This document shows, piece after piece, positions 1 to 9,900 of a DNA stretch of 64,000 bases (position 1 is the stretch's first letter; each line of letters begins with the position of its first letter). Location of the stretch: the NCBI GenBank assembly GCA_044229975.1, contig JBGARZ010000015.1, positions 64,001 through 128,000 on the forward strand, given 5' to 3'. The DNA is from Polyangiales bacterium (lineage in GTDB: Bacteria; Myxococcota_A; Polyangia; Polyangiales; Ga0077539). The position numbers and the translations under genes were made by a program. Under the pieces are notes generated by a model. That model was not told the origin of the DNA. It searched no databases and worked only from the letters and a program-made list of their open reading frames with translations.

Positions 1-150
1 GGCCAGACCTGCGTGCGCTCGCTGGGGATGAGCGATGGCGACATCGCCGGGCCGACGACCCTCCATGCGCAGCCCGGTGATCGCTTCGAGGGCGATGAGG
101 GCGACGGCGTTCGGTTGACCTGCGTGGGCGTGGCGGTCGACGAGCGCTGA
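1..150 (+). CDS. 3' end of a hypothetical protein, truncated by the window edge
   Basis: Frame 1 is open from base 1 to TGA at 148-150 (GQTCVRSLG...AVDER*) with GC-rich third positions. Confidence 0.5.
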   Translation, partial: GQTCVRSLGMSDGDIAGPTTLHAQPGDRFEGDEGDGVRLTCVGVAVDER

Positions 151-245
151 TCAGATCGCGCGCAGTCGCTGCACGATTTCCGGACGCCCGCATGCGTTGA
201 CCCACCTCGCCGCGCTCGCTACCGCTCATCAACAGGGAGTCGTTG

Positions 246-2339
246 ATGCGAAATGCGCTGCTCACCGCGGTGATGCTTGGCTGGTTGGGCTGTACGCCCC
301 TCGAACGTGGACTCCCCGACGCGAGCGCTGACGCCGCCCGGAGCGACGCGCTCGACGTGTCATCGGCTGACACTCCCGACGCCGTCGTGGTGGTCGACGT
401 CCCGGTCGCCAACGATCGGGTCGACGTCGTCCCGAGTGATCAGCCCGACGCCGGCGCGAGGGACGCGGCGACCGACACACCCGTCGACGTCCCGCTCGCG
501 ATGGATGTCCCCGACGTCCCAATCATCCCCGATGTCCCGCTCGCGATGGACGTGCGCGATGTCCCCGATGTGCCATCGCCCATCGACGTCCCCGTCGTCA
601 TCGACGTCGTGACGCGCGATGTCCCCGATGTCCCCGATGTCCCCGACGTGCCCACCGCCATCGACGTCCCCGATGTCCCTGACGTCGTCGATGTCCCCGA
701 CGTGCCCGATGTCCGTGATGTTCCCGATGTGCCCGATGTGCCGGTCATCACCGATCTCGGCATGTGCAGTCCCGCCGGGGTCGCGCGCCTGATCGGCCCC
801 ATCTCCGGCTCGCAGGTCACCACGCGTCGCCCGCTGCTGCGCTGGACGCTCCCGCCCGCCGCGACCGGCGCCACCGTCGACTTCTGCCGCGACCGCGCCT
901 GCTCCACCATCGTCGGCTCCGAGTCCGCCACCGGAACCTCCCTCCGCGTCACCCGCCCCGAGTTCCTGGCCAGCTCGGTGGTGTGGTGGCGCGTTCGTCC
1001 TCTGCAAAACACTGCGCCCTGCGGCCTCGCGAGCGCCACCTGGGAGCTGTGGCCCGCGCGCCAGACCACCGGCGACGGCTACGCCTACCGCCCCATCACG
1101 GACATCAACGCCGACGGCCGCGCCGACCTCGCCATCAGCGGTCACAACTCCTTCGCGGGCAACGGTCGCGCGTACGTCTATCAGGGCCAGTCCGACGGCC
1201 TCCCCGCGACGCCCACCCAGAGCATCGCGTCGCCCGTCGGTAGCAGCGACCAGTTCGGCATGCCCTCGTCGGGCGACTTCAACGGCGACGGGCTCACCGA
1301 CCTCCTCGTCGCCGAACTGCGCCCGCGATCGGGCTACCGCGGTCGCGTGTGGGTCTACCTCTCGGACGGATCACGCCTCCAGACGCCACCCGTGGAGCTC
1401 GTTCAGCCGGCGGGCGGATACGCGTACTTCGGGCTGCGCACGCACGTCGGCGACTACAACGGCGACGGGTACGCCGACGTCCTCGTGATCTCTGGCGTCA
1501 ACGACGCGCCCGACCCGATGGGCGGTCGTGTCTACGTCTACTACGGCAGCGCGACCGGCCCCGCCTCCGACCCCGCGACCACCATCGAAGGAACCGGCAC
1601 CATGGGCGCCAACTTCGCCGCCGACGGCGCCATCATCGACCTCGATGCTGATGGCTGCGACGACTTCCTGGCGACGCAGTTCGCCAACGACAGCCGCGTG
1701 CTGGTGGTGCTGCGCGGCGGGTCGAGCGGCCTGCGTCGTGACGGCGTGGTGGTGTCGACCATCGCAGGGCAGCGCTTCCCCAACGGCTCACCCGCCAACC
1801 TCGGCGACGTCAACGGCGACGGTCGCGTGGACTTCGGCGTCACCGAGTCGAGCACCGGATCGATCCGAGTGCTGATCGCTCTCGGCGCTGCGACAGGCAC
1901 GCCGGGTGCGACGGGTCTCATCCTCACGCTGGCTGACAGCCCGACCGCCGGGTCGCGCATCCACGGCATCGACATCGACGCCGATGGCCGCGCCGACGTG
2001 GTCGTCTCGCAGGTCGTGGGCGGCGTCGGGAAGATCTACATCTATCCGTACCGGGGGTCGGCCTTCGCGGCGCCGACGGTGCTCACCGCCGCCGCGGGGT
2101 TGCCCGACTACTCGCTCTCCTCCATCGCGGGCGACTACAACGGCGACGGCTGGGTGGACATCGTGTCGCAGCAGTACACCTGGATGTCGTCGCGCGGCGC
2201 GTACTCGCTGCTGCTGGGCGCCGTCGGCGGGGGCATCTCGTCGGGCGGACAGCGCGGCGTGCTCGGCCCCGAGACCGACTCGGCCCTCGGCTTTCGACTG
2301 GCGACCGTGACCTCCGGGCGCGTTCGGGGAGGGCTCTGA
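246..2339 (+). CDS. Lipoprotein with Asp-Val-Pro linker and FG-GAP/VCBS (integrin-alpha-like) beta-propeller
   Basis: Signal peptide ending WLGC; repeated DxNGDGxxD motifs (DINADGRAD, DFNGDGLTD, DYNGDGYAD, DVNGDGRVD); GRAYVY/GRVYVY strands; AGGGAG upstream of ATG 246. Confidence 0.85.
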   Translation: MRNALLTAVMLGWLGCTPLERGLPDASADAARSDALDVSSADTPDAVVVVDVPVANDRVDVVPSDQPDAGARDAATDTPVDVPLAMDVPDVPIIPDVPLAMDVRDVPDVPSPIDVPVVIDVVTRDVPDVPDVPDVPTAIDVPDVPDVVDVPDVPDVRDVPDVPDVPVITDLGMCSPAGVARLIGPISGSQVTTRRPLLRWTLPPAATGATVDFCRDRACSTIVGSESATGTSLRVTRPEFLASSVVWWRVRPLQNTAPCGLASATWELWPARQTTGDGYAYRPITDINADGRADLAISGHNSFAGNGRAYVYQGQSDGLPATPTQSIASPVGSSDQFGMPSSGDFNGDGLTDLLVAELRPRSGYRGRVWVYLSDGSRLQTPPVELVQPAGGYAYFGLRTHVGDYNGDGYADVLVISGVNDAPDPMGGRVYVYYGSATGPASDPATTIEGTGTMGANFAADGAIIDLDADGCDDFLATQFANDSRVLVVLRGGSSGLRRDGVVVSTIAGQRFPNGSPANLGDVNGDGRVDFGVTESSTGSIRVLIALGAATGTPGATGLILTLADSPTAGSRIHGIDIDADGRADVVVSQVVGGVGKIYIYPYRGSAFAAPTVLTAAAGLPDYSLSSIAGDYNGDGWVDIVSQQYTWMSSRGAYSLLLGAVGGGISSGGQRGVLGPETDSALGFRLATVTSGRVRGGL
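484..745 (+). repeat. In-frame degenerate 9-bp tandem repeats (GAYGTSCCC) encoding (DVP)n
   Basis: Runs such as gatgtccccgatgtccccgatgtccccgacgtgccc; VPLAMDV occurs twice. Confidence 0.85.
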
Positions 2340-2342
2340 CCG

Positions 2343-3377
2343 ATGCGCCACACACGCCTTCACTCACTGGCGTTTGCCATCGTCGTCGCGGCGTCGCCGG
2401 GTCTCGCGCTCGCGCAGACCGCCGACGTCGAGGCGGAGCACCTGCGCGGGATGCAGCTCCGCGCGCACGGCCACGACGCCGAGGCGGCCGTGGTGTTTCG
2501 CACGCTGTTCGAGCGCAACGGTGAGCCCCGCGCGCTCGCCCGCCTCGGCCTCGCCGAAGGGGCCCTCCTGCGCTGGGCCGACGCCGAGGAGCACCTCCAG
2601 AGTGCCCTCGCGCGCACCACCGATCCGTGGATCGTCGCCAACCGCCCCGGCCTCGAAGGCGTGTTGCGCTCGGTGCAGCAGCACCTCGGAACGCTCACCG
2701 TCATCTGCCCCACCCCTGGCGCGACGGTTCAATGGACGGGGCAGTCGCCGCTCGCGCTGCCGCTCGCGCGCCCGCTGCGGGTGACGACGGGCTTCCTCGA
2801 CGTGGTGGTTCACGCGCCGGGTCACTCGCTGGTGACGCGTCGGGTGGCCGTTCCTGCGGGCACCGACCCGGTGGCCATCGACGTCACGCTGACGCGCGAA
2901 GCGGGCGCCGAACCTGCGACGCCCGCGAGCGCACCGACGCCGGTCGCGACGGTTGCGGTGACGGCTGCGCCGGTGGTGGTGAGGGCGCCTGCGCCTGTCG
3001 ATGCGCCCGCGCCGCCGCGACGCATGTGGCTGCGCCCGCTGGGCATCGGGCTCGTGGTCGGGGCGGGCGTGTCGGTGGGCGTCGGGGTGCTGGGCGTGGT
3101 GCTGCGCGAGGGCGCGGCGGGTCGCTTCAACGACGCGCGCTGTCGGCTGTATCCCGATCGGGACGAGGTGTCCTCGGGCGGCCCGGCGTGCGCCGATGAG
3201 CTCGCGAGCACGCAGACGGGACAGACGGTGGCGATCGCGGGCTTCGTGGCGGCTGGTGTGCTGGGCGTCGCGGGCGTGACGGCGCTGGTGCTGGCGCCGC
3301 GCGCGCCGGTGCGGGTGGACGTCGGGCCCACCGCCAACGGACAGGGATGGGCGGGGAGCGTGACGCTGCGGTTTTGA
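2343..3377 (+). CDS. Secreted TPR-like / PEGA-like domain protein
   Basis: Signal peptide; helical N-terminal domain; LGTLTVICPTPGATV PEGA-like strand; two hydrophobic C-terminal helices; terminal Phe. Confidence 0.75.
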   Translation: MRHTRLHSLAFAIVVAASPGLALAQTADVEAEHLRGMQLRAHGHDAEAAVVFRTLFERNGEPRALARLGLAEGALLRWADAEEHLQSALARTTDPWIVANRPGLEGVLRSVQQHLGTLTVICPTPGATVQWTGQSPLALPLARPLRVTTGFLDVVVHAPGHSLVTRRVAVPAGTDPVAIDVTLTREAGAEPATPASAPTPVATVAVTAAPVVVRAPAPVDAPAPPRRMWLRPLGIGLVVGAGVSVGVGVLGVVLREGAAGRFNDARCRLYPDRDEVSSGGPACADELASTQTGQTVAIAGFVAAGVLGVAGVTALVLAPRAPVRVDVGPTANGQGWAGSVTLRF

Positions 3378-3759
3378 GGGCACTCGGGCCTTCGGTCGTG
3401 TTCTTCCTCTCAGGGGGGCCGAGCGTCGGGGCAGGCCGCGAGTGAGGAGCCTCGGTGCGCGCATACCTGAGCAGGTATGAAGCCGCGTGACGAGGCGCTC
3501 GGGTCGCGCTGGCGGTCGTTCAAACGCGAACGCGTGACGACGCAGTGACGTGCCCAACTCGTCCGTTCGCTCTCGGGAATTTGACGCACTTGCACGATCT
3601 CCTTCTCGCAAATCACATGCACTCCGACCGCCTGTCCGAACTGCGGACACGCGTCTGAGACGTGAGCGCCGCGGGCCTTGACGACGTCTGATGCGTGGGC
3701 GCCAAAAGGTAGACGGTCGAAATTTGTTCGGCGGGTGGTCGTGCGTGACGGAGGCAGTG

Positions 3760-5247
3760 ATGGGGCGTTTGCGTGGACTGTGGCTCTGGGTGTTGGTGGT
3801 GCTCGTCGTGGCCTGTGGCGGCGATGGCGATCACATCCGTCGCGCGGCGTTTGGCATCGGGGGCGTGGGGCCGGCGTGGTCCGGCGGGACCCTGACCCTG
3901 GTCCGTGCGACGCCCACGCGGCTCACCATCGCGTGGCCGGTTCCCGTCGCAGGAACGGGCGCCGCACTGGAGGTGGTCGAGGTGGGCAAGCGGCGCGTCA
4001 GGTTGCGCTTCGATGGGGCGACCGACGACTACGACGAGTTCAGTCACTACTTCGGGTTCGCAACGCCGCCGCCCTTCGACGTCGTATCTGGCTCCAGCCT
4101 CGGCGATCAGATCTACACAACCCGCTACCCCCTCGACCCTGGCACCTCGTACACGCTGGGGGTGTTCGCGCAGGACGACGAAGGGCACACGTCGTCCACG
4201 CTCACGACAGCGGTCACGACCCTCGCCGCCTCGACGCCCGCTGTCTGGCCGACCGGGACGACCGCCGCTACCTCGTTCACGTTCCCCAGCACGGGCCGTG
4301 TCTTCTGGAGCACGACGCCCATCGATGCGGTCGCCTATACGGTCCGTCGCAGCGTCGACGGTGGTCCCTTCGTCGACTGGTGGGACAGCCACGAGTACGG
4401 GGGTGACCTCTCGAACTTGATGGCCGCAGCAGGAGACGACTTCGCCCTCGGCTCCACCTACGACTTCCAGGTCTTCTTCCGGGACGACACGGGCGCGGTC
4501 ACGGCCACGCCGCTCACCGCTCATCTCGGCATCCCGGCGCCACCGATCCCGACGGCGCCGCCCCTCGAACCGTCCCGGATCACGCCGCTGGTGGAGCGTT
4601 CGAGCTGGCTCTACACCGGCTCCGATCCCGTGCAGCGCGACATGACACCCGGGGTCATCGTCCCCGCGCGCGTCGGAGTCCTTCACGGTCGCGTCCGATC
4701 GCGGGACGACAACTCGCTCCTCGGCGGCGCACGTGTGTCGGTGCACGGCCACCCGGAGTACGGCTACACGTTCTCACGCATCGACGGCCGCTGGGACCTC
4801 GTCATCAACGGCGGTGGCGTCTTCCGCGTCGACTTCGAGCGGCCGGGCATGCTGCCAGTGCAGCGCAGCGTGAACGTCCCGTGGGACCGCGATCGTTGGG
4901 TGGATGAGGTGGCCCTCACGGTCGCCGACGACGCCGTCACGGAGATCGATCCCGATGGAGGTGCCGGCACCGTCGGCTGGACGAGGGCAGAGGGGGCGAC
5001 CCACACCGACGCGGACGGCACGCGACACGCGACGGTCTTCGTCCCAGAAGGGACCCAGCTCACGGCGCACATGGGCGAGGAGTCCGGCGCCATCGATGAG
5101 CCTGCTCACCTCCGCATCACCGAGTACACCGTTGGACCGCGCGGGCCTCGCGCGATGCCGGGACCCGTCGTCGCGCCGGTGAGCAGGACATCACCCTCGC
5201 GGAGCGTCTCCAACTTCGCGCAGCCCATCCGATCAGCGAAGGGGTGA
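3760..5247 (+). CDS. Teneurin-like RHS protein, N-terminal segment (lipoprotein signal, FN3-like domains, TTR/carboxypeptidase-regulatory-like domain)
   Basis: GGAGG then ATG 3760; VVAC lipobox-like; segment VLHGRV...HPEYGYTFSRIDGRWDLVINGGG...FERPGMLPVQRSVNVPW resembles the conserved teneurin TTR-domain sequence. Confidence 0.75.
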   Translation: MGRLRGLWLWVLVVLVVACGGDGDHIRRAAFGIGGVGPAWSGGTLTLVRATPTRLTIAWPVPVAGTGAALEVVEVGKRRVRLRFDGATDDYDEFSHYFGFATPPPFDVVSGSSLGDQIYTTRYPLDPGTSYTLGVFAQDDEGHTSSTLTTAVTTLAASTPAVWPTGTTAATSFTFPSTGRVFWSTTPIDAVAYTVRRSVDGGPFVDWWDSHEYGGDLSNLMAAAGDDFALGSTYDFQVFFRDDTGAVTATPLTAHLGIPAPPIPTAPPLEPSRITPLVERSSWLYTGSDPVQRDMTPGVIVPARVGVLHGRVRSRDDNSLLGGARVSVHGHPEYGYTFSRIDGRWDLVINGGGVFRVDFERPGMLPVQRSVNVPWDRDRWVDEVALTVADDAVTEIDPDGGAGTVGWTRAEGATHTDADGTRHATVFVPEGTQLTAHMGEESGAIDEPAHLRITEYTVGPRGPRAMPGPVVAPVSRTSPSRSVSNFAQPIRSAKG

Positions 5248-6999
5248 TGGAGTTCTGGCGCGTGCGCGTTCAGCACTTCACTCCATGGGACATCAACTGG
5301 GGCGAAGGGCCGCCCGATGGCGCGCAGAACTGCTTCAGTCAGCGCGGCAACATGAGCACCGACGCGACCTGTCCGGGTGGTGATGGCTGCCTGGGCCAGG
5401 CCGCACAGACAAGCGCCGGAGAGGGGCCGGGGCTGTCGCAGTCCTCGATGTCGCAGGATGGGCGCGATCGGACGGTCACGCTGACGCTCGGATGTACATC
5501 CCAGCCGCCCAGTGGGGACTGGGCCGAGGACATGAGCCGCTACCAGGTCGAGGTGGAGGTCGGTGGTCAGCTCATCGAACAGAACGTTCCCGCTTCCAGC
5601 GAAGGTGTGAGCATCGAGTGGGACGGCAACGACGACCAGGGCCGTCCGTTGGAGGGACCGCAGCCGGTCACGGTGAGGGTCGGGCAGGCGTATCCGATGG
5701 AGGTCGGCGCGGGCCAGCGCTTCGGAGAGGTTCCAACGATGCGCATCACGGGGACGCCCCGTGGTGAGGCGGTCATCTGGGCGGAGCAGGAGGGAGTCAT
5801 CGGACATCACCGCTCCTCCGGGGACGGGCTCGGGAGCTGGCAGCTCCCCAACCAGCACCGCTACGACCCCACGACCCGCACCATCATGCTCGGCACCGGC
5901 AGCAACCTGCCGCCAGAGATCGGGCCCGGCATCGTCGAGGACGTTCTCGTCGGGACCGCCGTCGCAGACATGGCGTTCGGCCCCGATGGCACGCTGTACT
6001 TCACGGTCCCGTCGTCGCACGAGGTGCGTCGGCTGCGAAACATCGGGACTGGTTCGCCCACGGTCGATGTCATCGCCGGGACTGGGACGTCGGGCTGTGG
6101 TGCCGACGGGGCCGCGACGTCCGTTGCGCTGACCGAACCTCATGGCATCGCCGTCCGAAGCGACGGCTCGGTGTACTTCACCGATGCGGGGTGCCACCGC
6201 GTGCGCCGCATCACACCGGACGGCACGGCGATCGTGACCGTAGCGGGCACCGGCTGGGCCGGCTTCTCGGGCGACGGCGGACCCGCGACGGCCGCGCAGG
6301 TCTACGCGCCGCGCGACGTCGAGGTGGCATTCGACGGGGCGGTGCTCATCGCTGACACGCTCAATCATCGGGTGCGCCGGGTCGGCAACGACGGCCGCAT
6401 CACGACCATCGTTGGCGGTGGCAGCTACGCGATGTTCATCCCGGGAGCGTGGTGGCCTCTCACGAGAGTGGCGACGTCGGTCATCCTCGACCATCCGTGG
6501 GCGTTGTCGGTTCTGCCCAACGGCGAAGTCTATGTGGTCGATCGCTACGGGCATCAGGTCTACCGCTACTCGCTCGATGGAGTGCTTCACCGACACTCCG
6601 GTTGCAATAGCTGCTCGGGAGGTGCCGCCGAGTGGGAGACTCCCGATGGCGGTGCCCGCGCGCTCGGGGCGCACCACTCGCCGGAAGACGTCTTGGCCTT
6701 TCCCGATGGGGAGGTCTGGGTCGCCGACCGGGACAACCACCGCATCTCGCAGGTTCGCAACGATCAGGTGCGGGGCATCATCGGCCGCTACGATCGCAAC
6801 ACGCCTTTCGTCAGTGGGAGCACCGCGGTCTCGGCCTCCCTCCCATGGCCTACGAGTCTCGCCGCGAGCCCGGATGGCTCGGTGTACATCGCGCTGCGGG
6901 CCTGTCCGTCCGATGCCTGCCCGTCCGAGTCGCGGGTTCCGCGCATCGTGCGCACCCGCTCGGCGCGCGGTGGCATGACGACGACGGGCAGCACGATGA
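5244..6999 (+). CDS. Teneurin-like RHS protein, middle segment (FN-plug-like region and NHL repeats); coding frame shifts at about 6999
   Basis: WRVRVQHFTPWDINW, WDGNDDQGR, GLGSWQLPNQHRYDP; NHL repeats (VAGTGWAGFSGDGGPATAAQVYAPRDV; IADTLNHRVRRV). The ORF runs on to 7553 but reads as out-of-frame after about 6999. Confidence 0.7.
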
Positions 7000-9900
7000 C
7001 CCAGCCCAGATGGCTCGGCGCTGTGGGAGTTCAACCTCTCCGGTGGCTGCCTGAATCGGACCCTCGATGCGTTGACCGGCGTGGTGCGCGAGCGTTTCGA
7101 GTACGCGGACGGAACCTGCCGCCCGAATCGCGTCGTGTTCGGCGCGGACAGCGAGAGCAACGCCCTCACCATCGAGCGGTCGTCGGGGCACTTCACGATC
7201 ACGGATCCAGCGGGCCGACAGACGACGTACACGTTGGACTCTCGTCAACATGTCCAACGCATCACCCGCGGCGGCCCGGAAGACGTGAGCGCGGCGATGC
7301 CCGGATGGGAGTACGTGATCAACGCCGGTGGTCTGGTGACGGATACCTACGACCCCGAGCGGCGCCACTCCCACAACCAGTACGACGACTTCGGGCGCCT
7401 GGCCTGGTCGACGGACCCGCTGTCGGGGCGACACGAGAGCGCGCCAGCGAGCCGGGTGATTCCGGGGTCGAGCGCCGGGCTGTCCCAGTCGAGGGTCAGC
7501 GTTCGACAACGAGCGGGGTCGGAGACAGATCCCGGCTCGTGGTGGCGTCGTGAGGGCTTCAACAGTGACCTCGGGTCGTGGATCACCCAGGAGAGCGCAG
7601 GCGGCGACGACACCGTCACGCTGGTGCAGCGACAGTCGGTGCAACGTGGCAACCGCGATCCGGTGTCGACGCTGTACAGCCACCCCAGCGTCACGCTCGC
7701 GGGGGGGGACGAGACCACGGGGCGGGTCGAGCTGGCGCGTCGTAGCGTCACAACGGTCCCCGAGCCCCGGCTCGGGTCGATGGTACAGGTCCCGAAAGAT
7801 ATCGTCTCCACGGTCGGCTCGCGGACCGCGACGACGACCTGGAGCTACGGCACGCCGACGACGGTGTCCGGCACGATGCTGTTGGCGACGCAGACGGTCC
7901 GAGAGACACGGCCGAATAGCCGGTGGATCGATCGCTCTTTCGAGCGCCTGTCCTCGGGGCACATGGTGCTCACCACCGAGACGCGTGGCGGAAGGACGAG
8001 CGAGCGCGAGCTCGACTCGCAGGGCCGCCTCATCGAAGAGCGCTGGCCGGGGGTGACCCCGACCGTGCACCCCGTGCAGTACAGCTACGACGCGCGCGGT
8101 CGCCTGGAGCAGATCACCCAGGGCACGCGTCGCTGGCGCGGTCAGTTCGACGACGGGCACCACGGCGTGCTCTCGCAGGAGTCGTGGGGCCACGCCTCCG
8201 GGGAGACGGGCGTGACCTCCGCGGAGACGCACTTCCACTTCTACGACGACGGCGTCCCGCAGCTCGATGTGCTGCCGCTGGCGAGGGAGATCGAGTACGT
8301 CTTCGACAAGTCGCGGCAGTTGACGGAGCTGATTCCGCCGGGGCGTCCGGCGCATCGCTTCGACGAAGACCTCGCGACGCGAACCTTCTCCTCGGTGCAG
8401 CCGACCGCCGTGGCGATGCTCCCGCCGGAGGACGGGCCCGTCACGTCGACGACGCTGACGGAGCTCGGTCTGCCCTCCGATGAGGTGCGGCCTGACGGCG
8501 TGCACCTGCACTCGACGTACGACCCACGCTCGCGGCGGCTGCTGAGCATCGAGCGCACGTCCGGCACGCCTGCCACGCTGCTGACGATGGCGTACGTCGC
8601 GCAGACCGGGGCGCTCTCAACCGTCACCGCGGGCGACGGTGCAGTGCTGCGCTACGGGTACAGCGAGTTCTTGCCCGTGAGCGAGGCGTGGGAGGGGAGC
8701 GCGGTCACCGGGACCGTCACGCAGTCCATCGACGACACCTTCGAGCCGGTGGGGCTCACGGTGGCGGGTGCTCCGCGGCTCGCTCCGCGGCGCGTTGACC
8801 TCGACGGCCTGCCGACGGAGGTGGGCGAGCAGCGCCCGGCGTCGACCGACCCGGTCGCGGGAACCACGGTGCTGGCCGACGGCCTCGGGTTGACCTGGGA
8901 AGGTTCCTCGGGACGCCTCACGGCGACGAGCGTGGGCGTGGCCAACAGCGCGCGGACCTTCACCGCGTACGGTGAGGTGGCGAGCGACGAACACCGCGAG
9001 GGGACGAACGTGCAGCTCCGCTTCGCGCGCAGCTACGACGACCGCGGGCGGCTGACGCGCGTGGTGGAGACCGACGGGATCTCGGGCAGTAGCCCAGTAG
9101 TCTTCACCACCGGCTACGAGTACGACGCGGCAGGTCGGCTCACGGGTGTCAGAGAGATGGGCGGCGACGTGAGCGCGGCCACCCTGCTCACTTCGGGCAC
9201 GTTGCGTGAGCAGTACACCTACGAGGACGACGCCGACCACAACGGCCTCAACGGACACCGCACGGCGTGGACGGTGGAGGGCGTCTCATGGACGGCGACC
9301 TACGACCGGCAGGACCGCATCACGTCCAGCACGCAGACGACGAGCGGCGCGGGCGTCGGGACGACGACGTACACCCATCGGGTGACGGGCGAGCGGGAGA
9401 CCGAGACGCGGCCCGACACGACGGTGTCGACGTACACCTGGGATGTGCGCGGGGCGCTCGCGAAGGTGGAGCGCACGAGCGCGACGGACATCGGGTACGT
9501 GCTCGACCCGACGGGGCGCTGGATCGGTCGGCGCGTGGGTACGGGGTTGGACCGCGGGTGGCTGTACGCGGGGATTCACCCGGTGGCGGAGGTCGACACG
9601 GACGGGCACACCGTGAGGCGGGTGTTCGTGTATGGGACGTCGGGGCACGTGCCGGACCTGGTGCTGGTGCGCCCCAGCGGAGCGACGTCGACGACGGCAG
9701 GCGAGGTAGCGTGGGAGCGCTACCGGGTGGTGACTGATCAGGTGGGGAGCGTGCGCGCGGTGGTGCGGGCGAGCGACGGCGTGGTGGTGCAGCGGATGCG
9801 CTACACGGCCTTCGGGGTGGTGCGCGAGGACTGGATCGCGAGCGGATGGGAGGCGATTCCGTTCGGGTACGCGGGCGGGTTGTACGACCGGGCGACGGGG

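Noticed and set aside
7000..7553. C-terminal part of the 769-aa ORF as real protein
   Set aside because: Arg-rich out-of-frame text; the YD-repeat frame is the coding one here.
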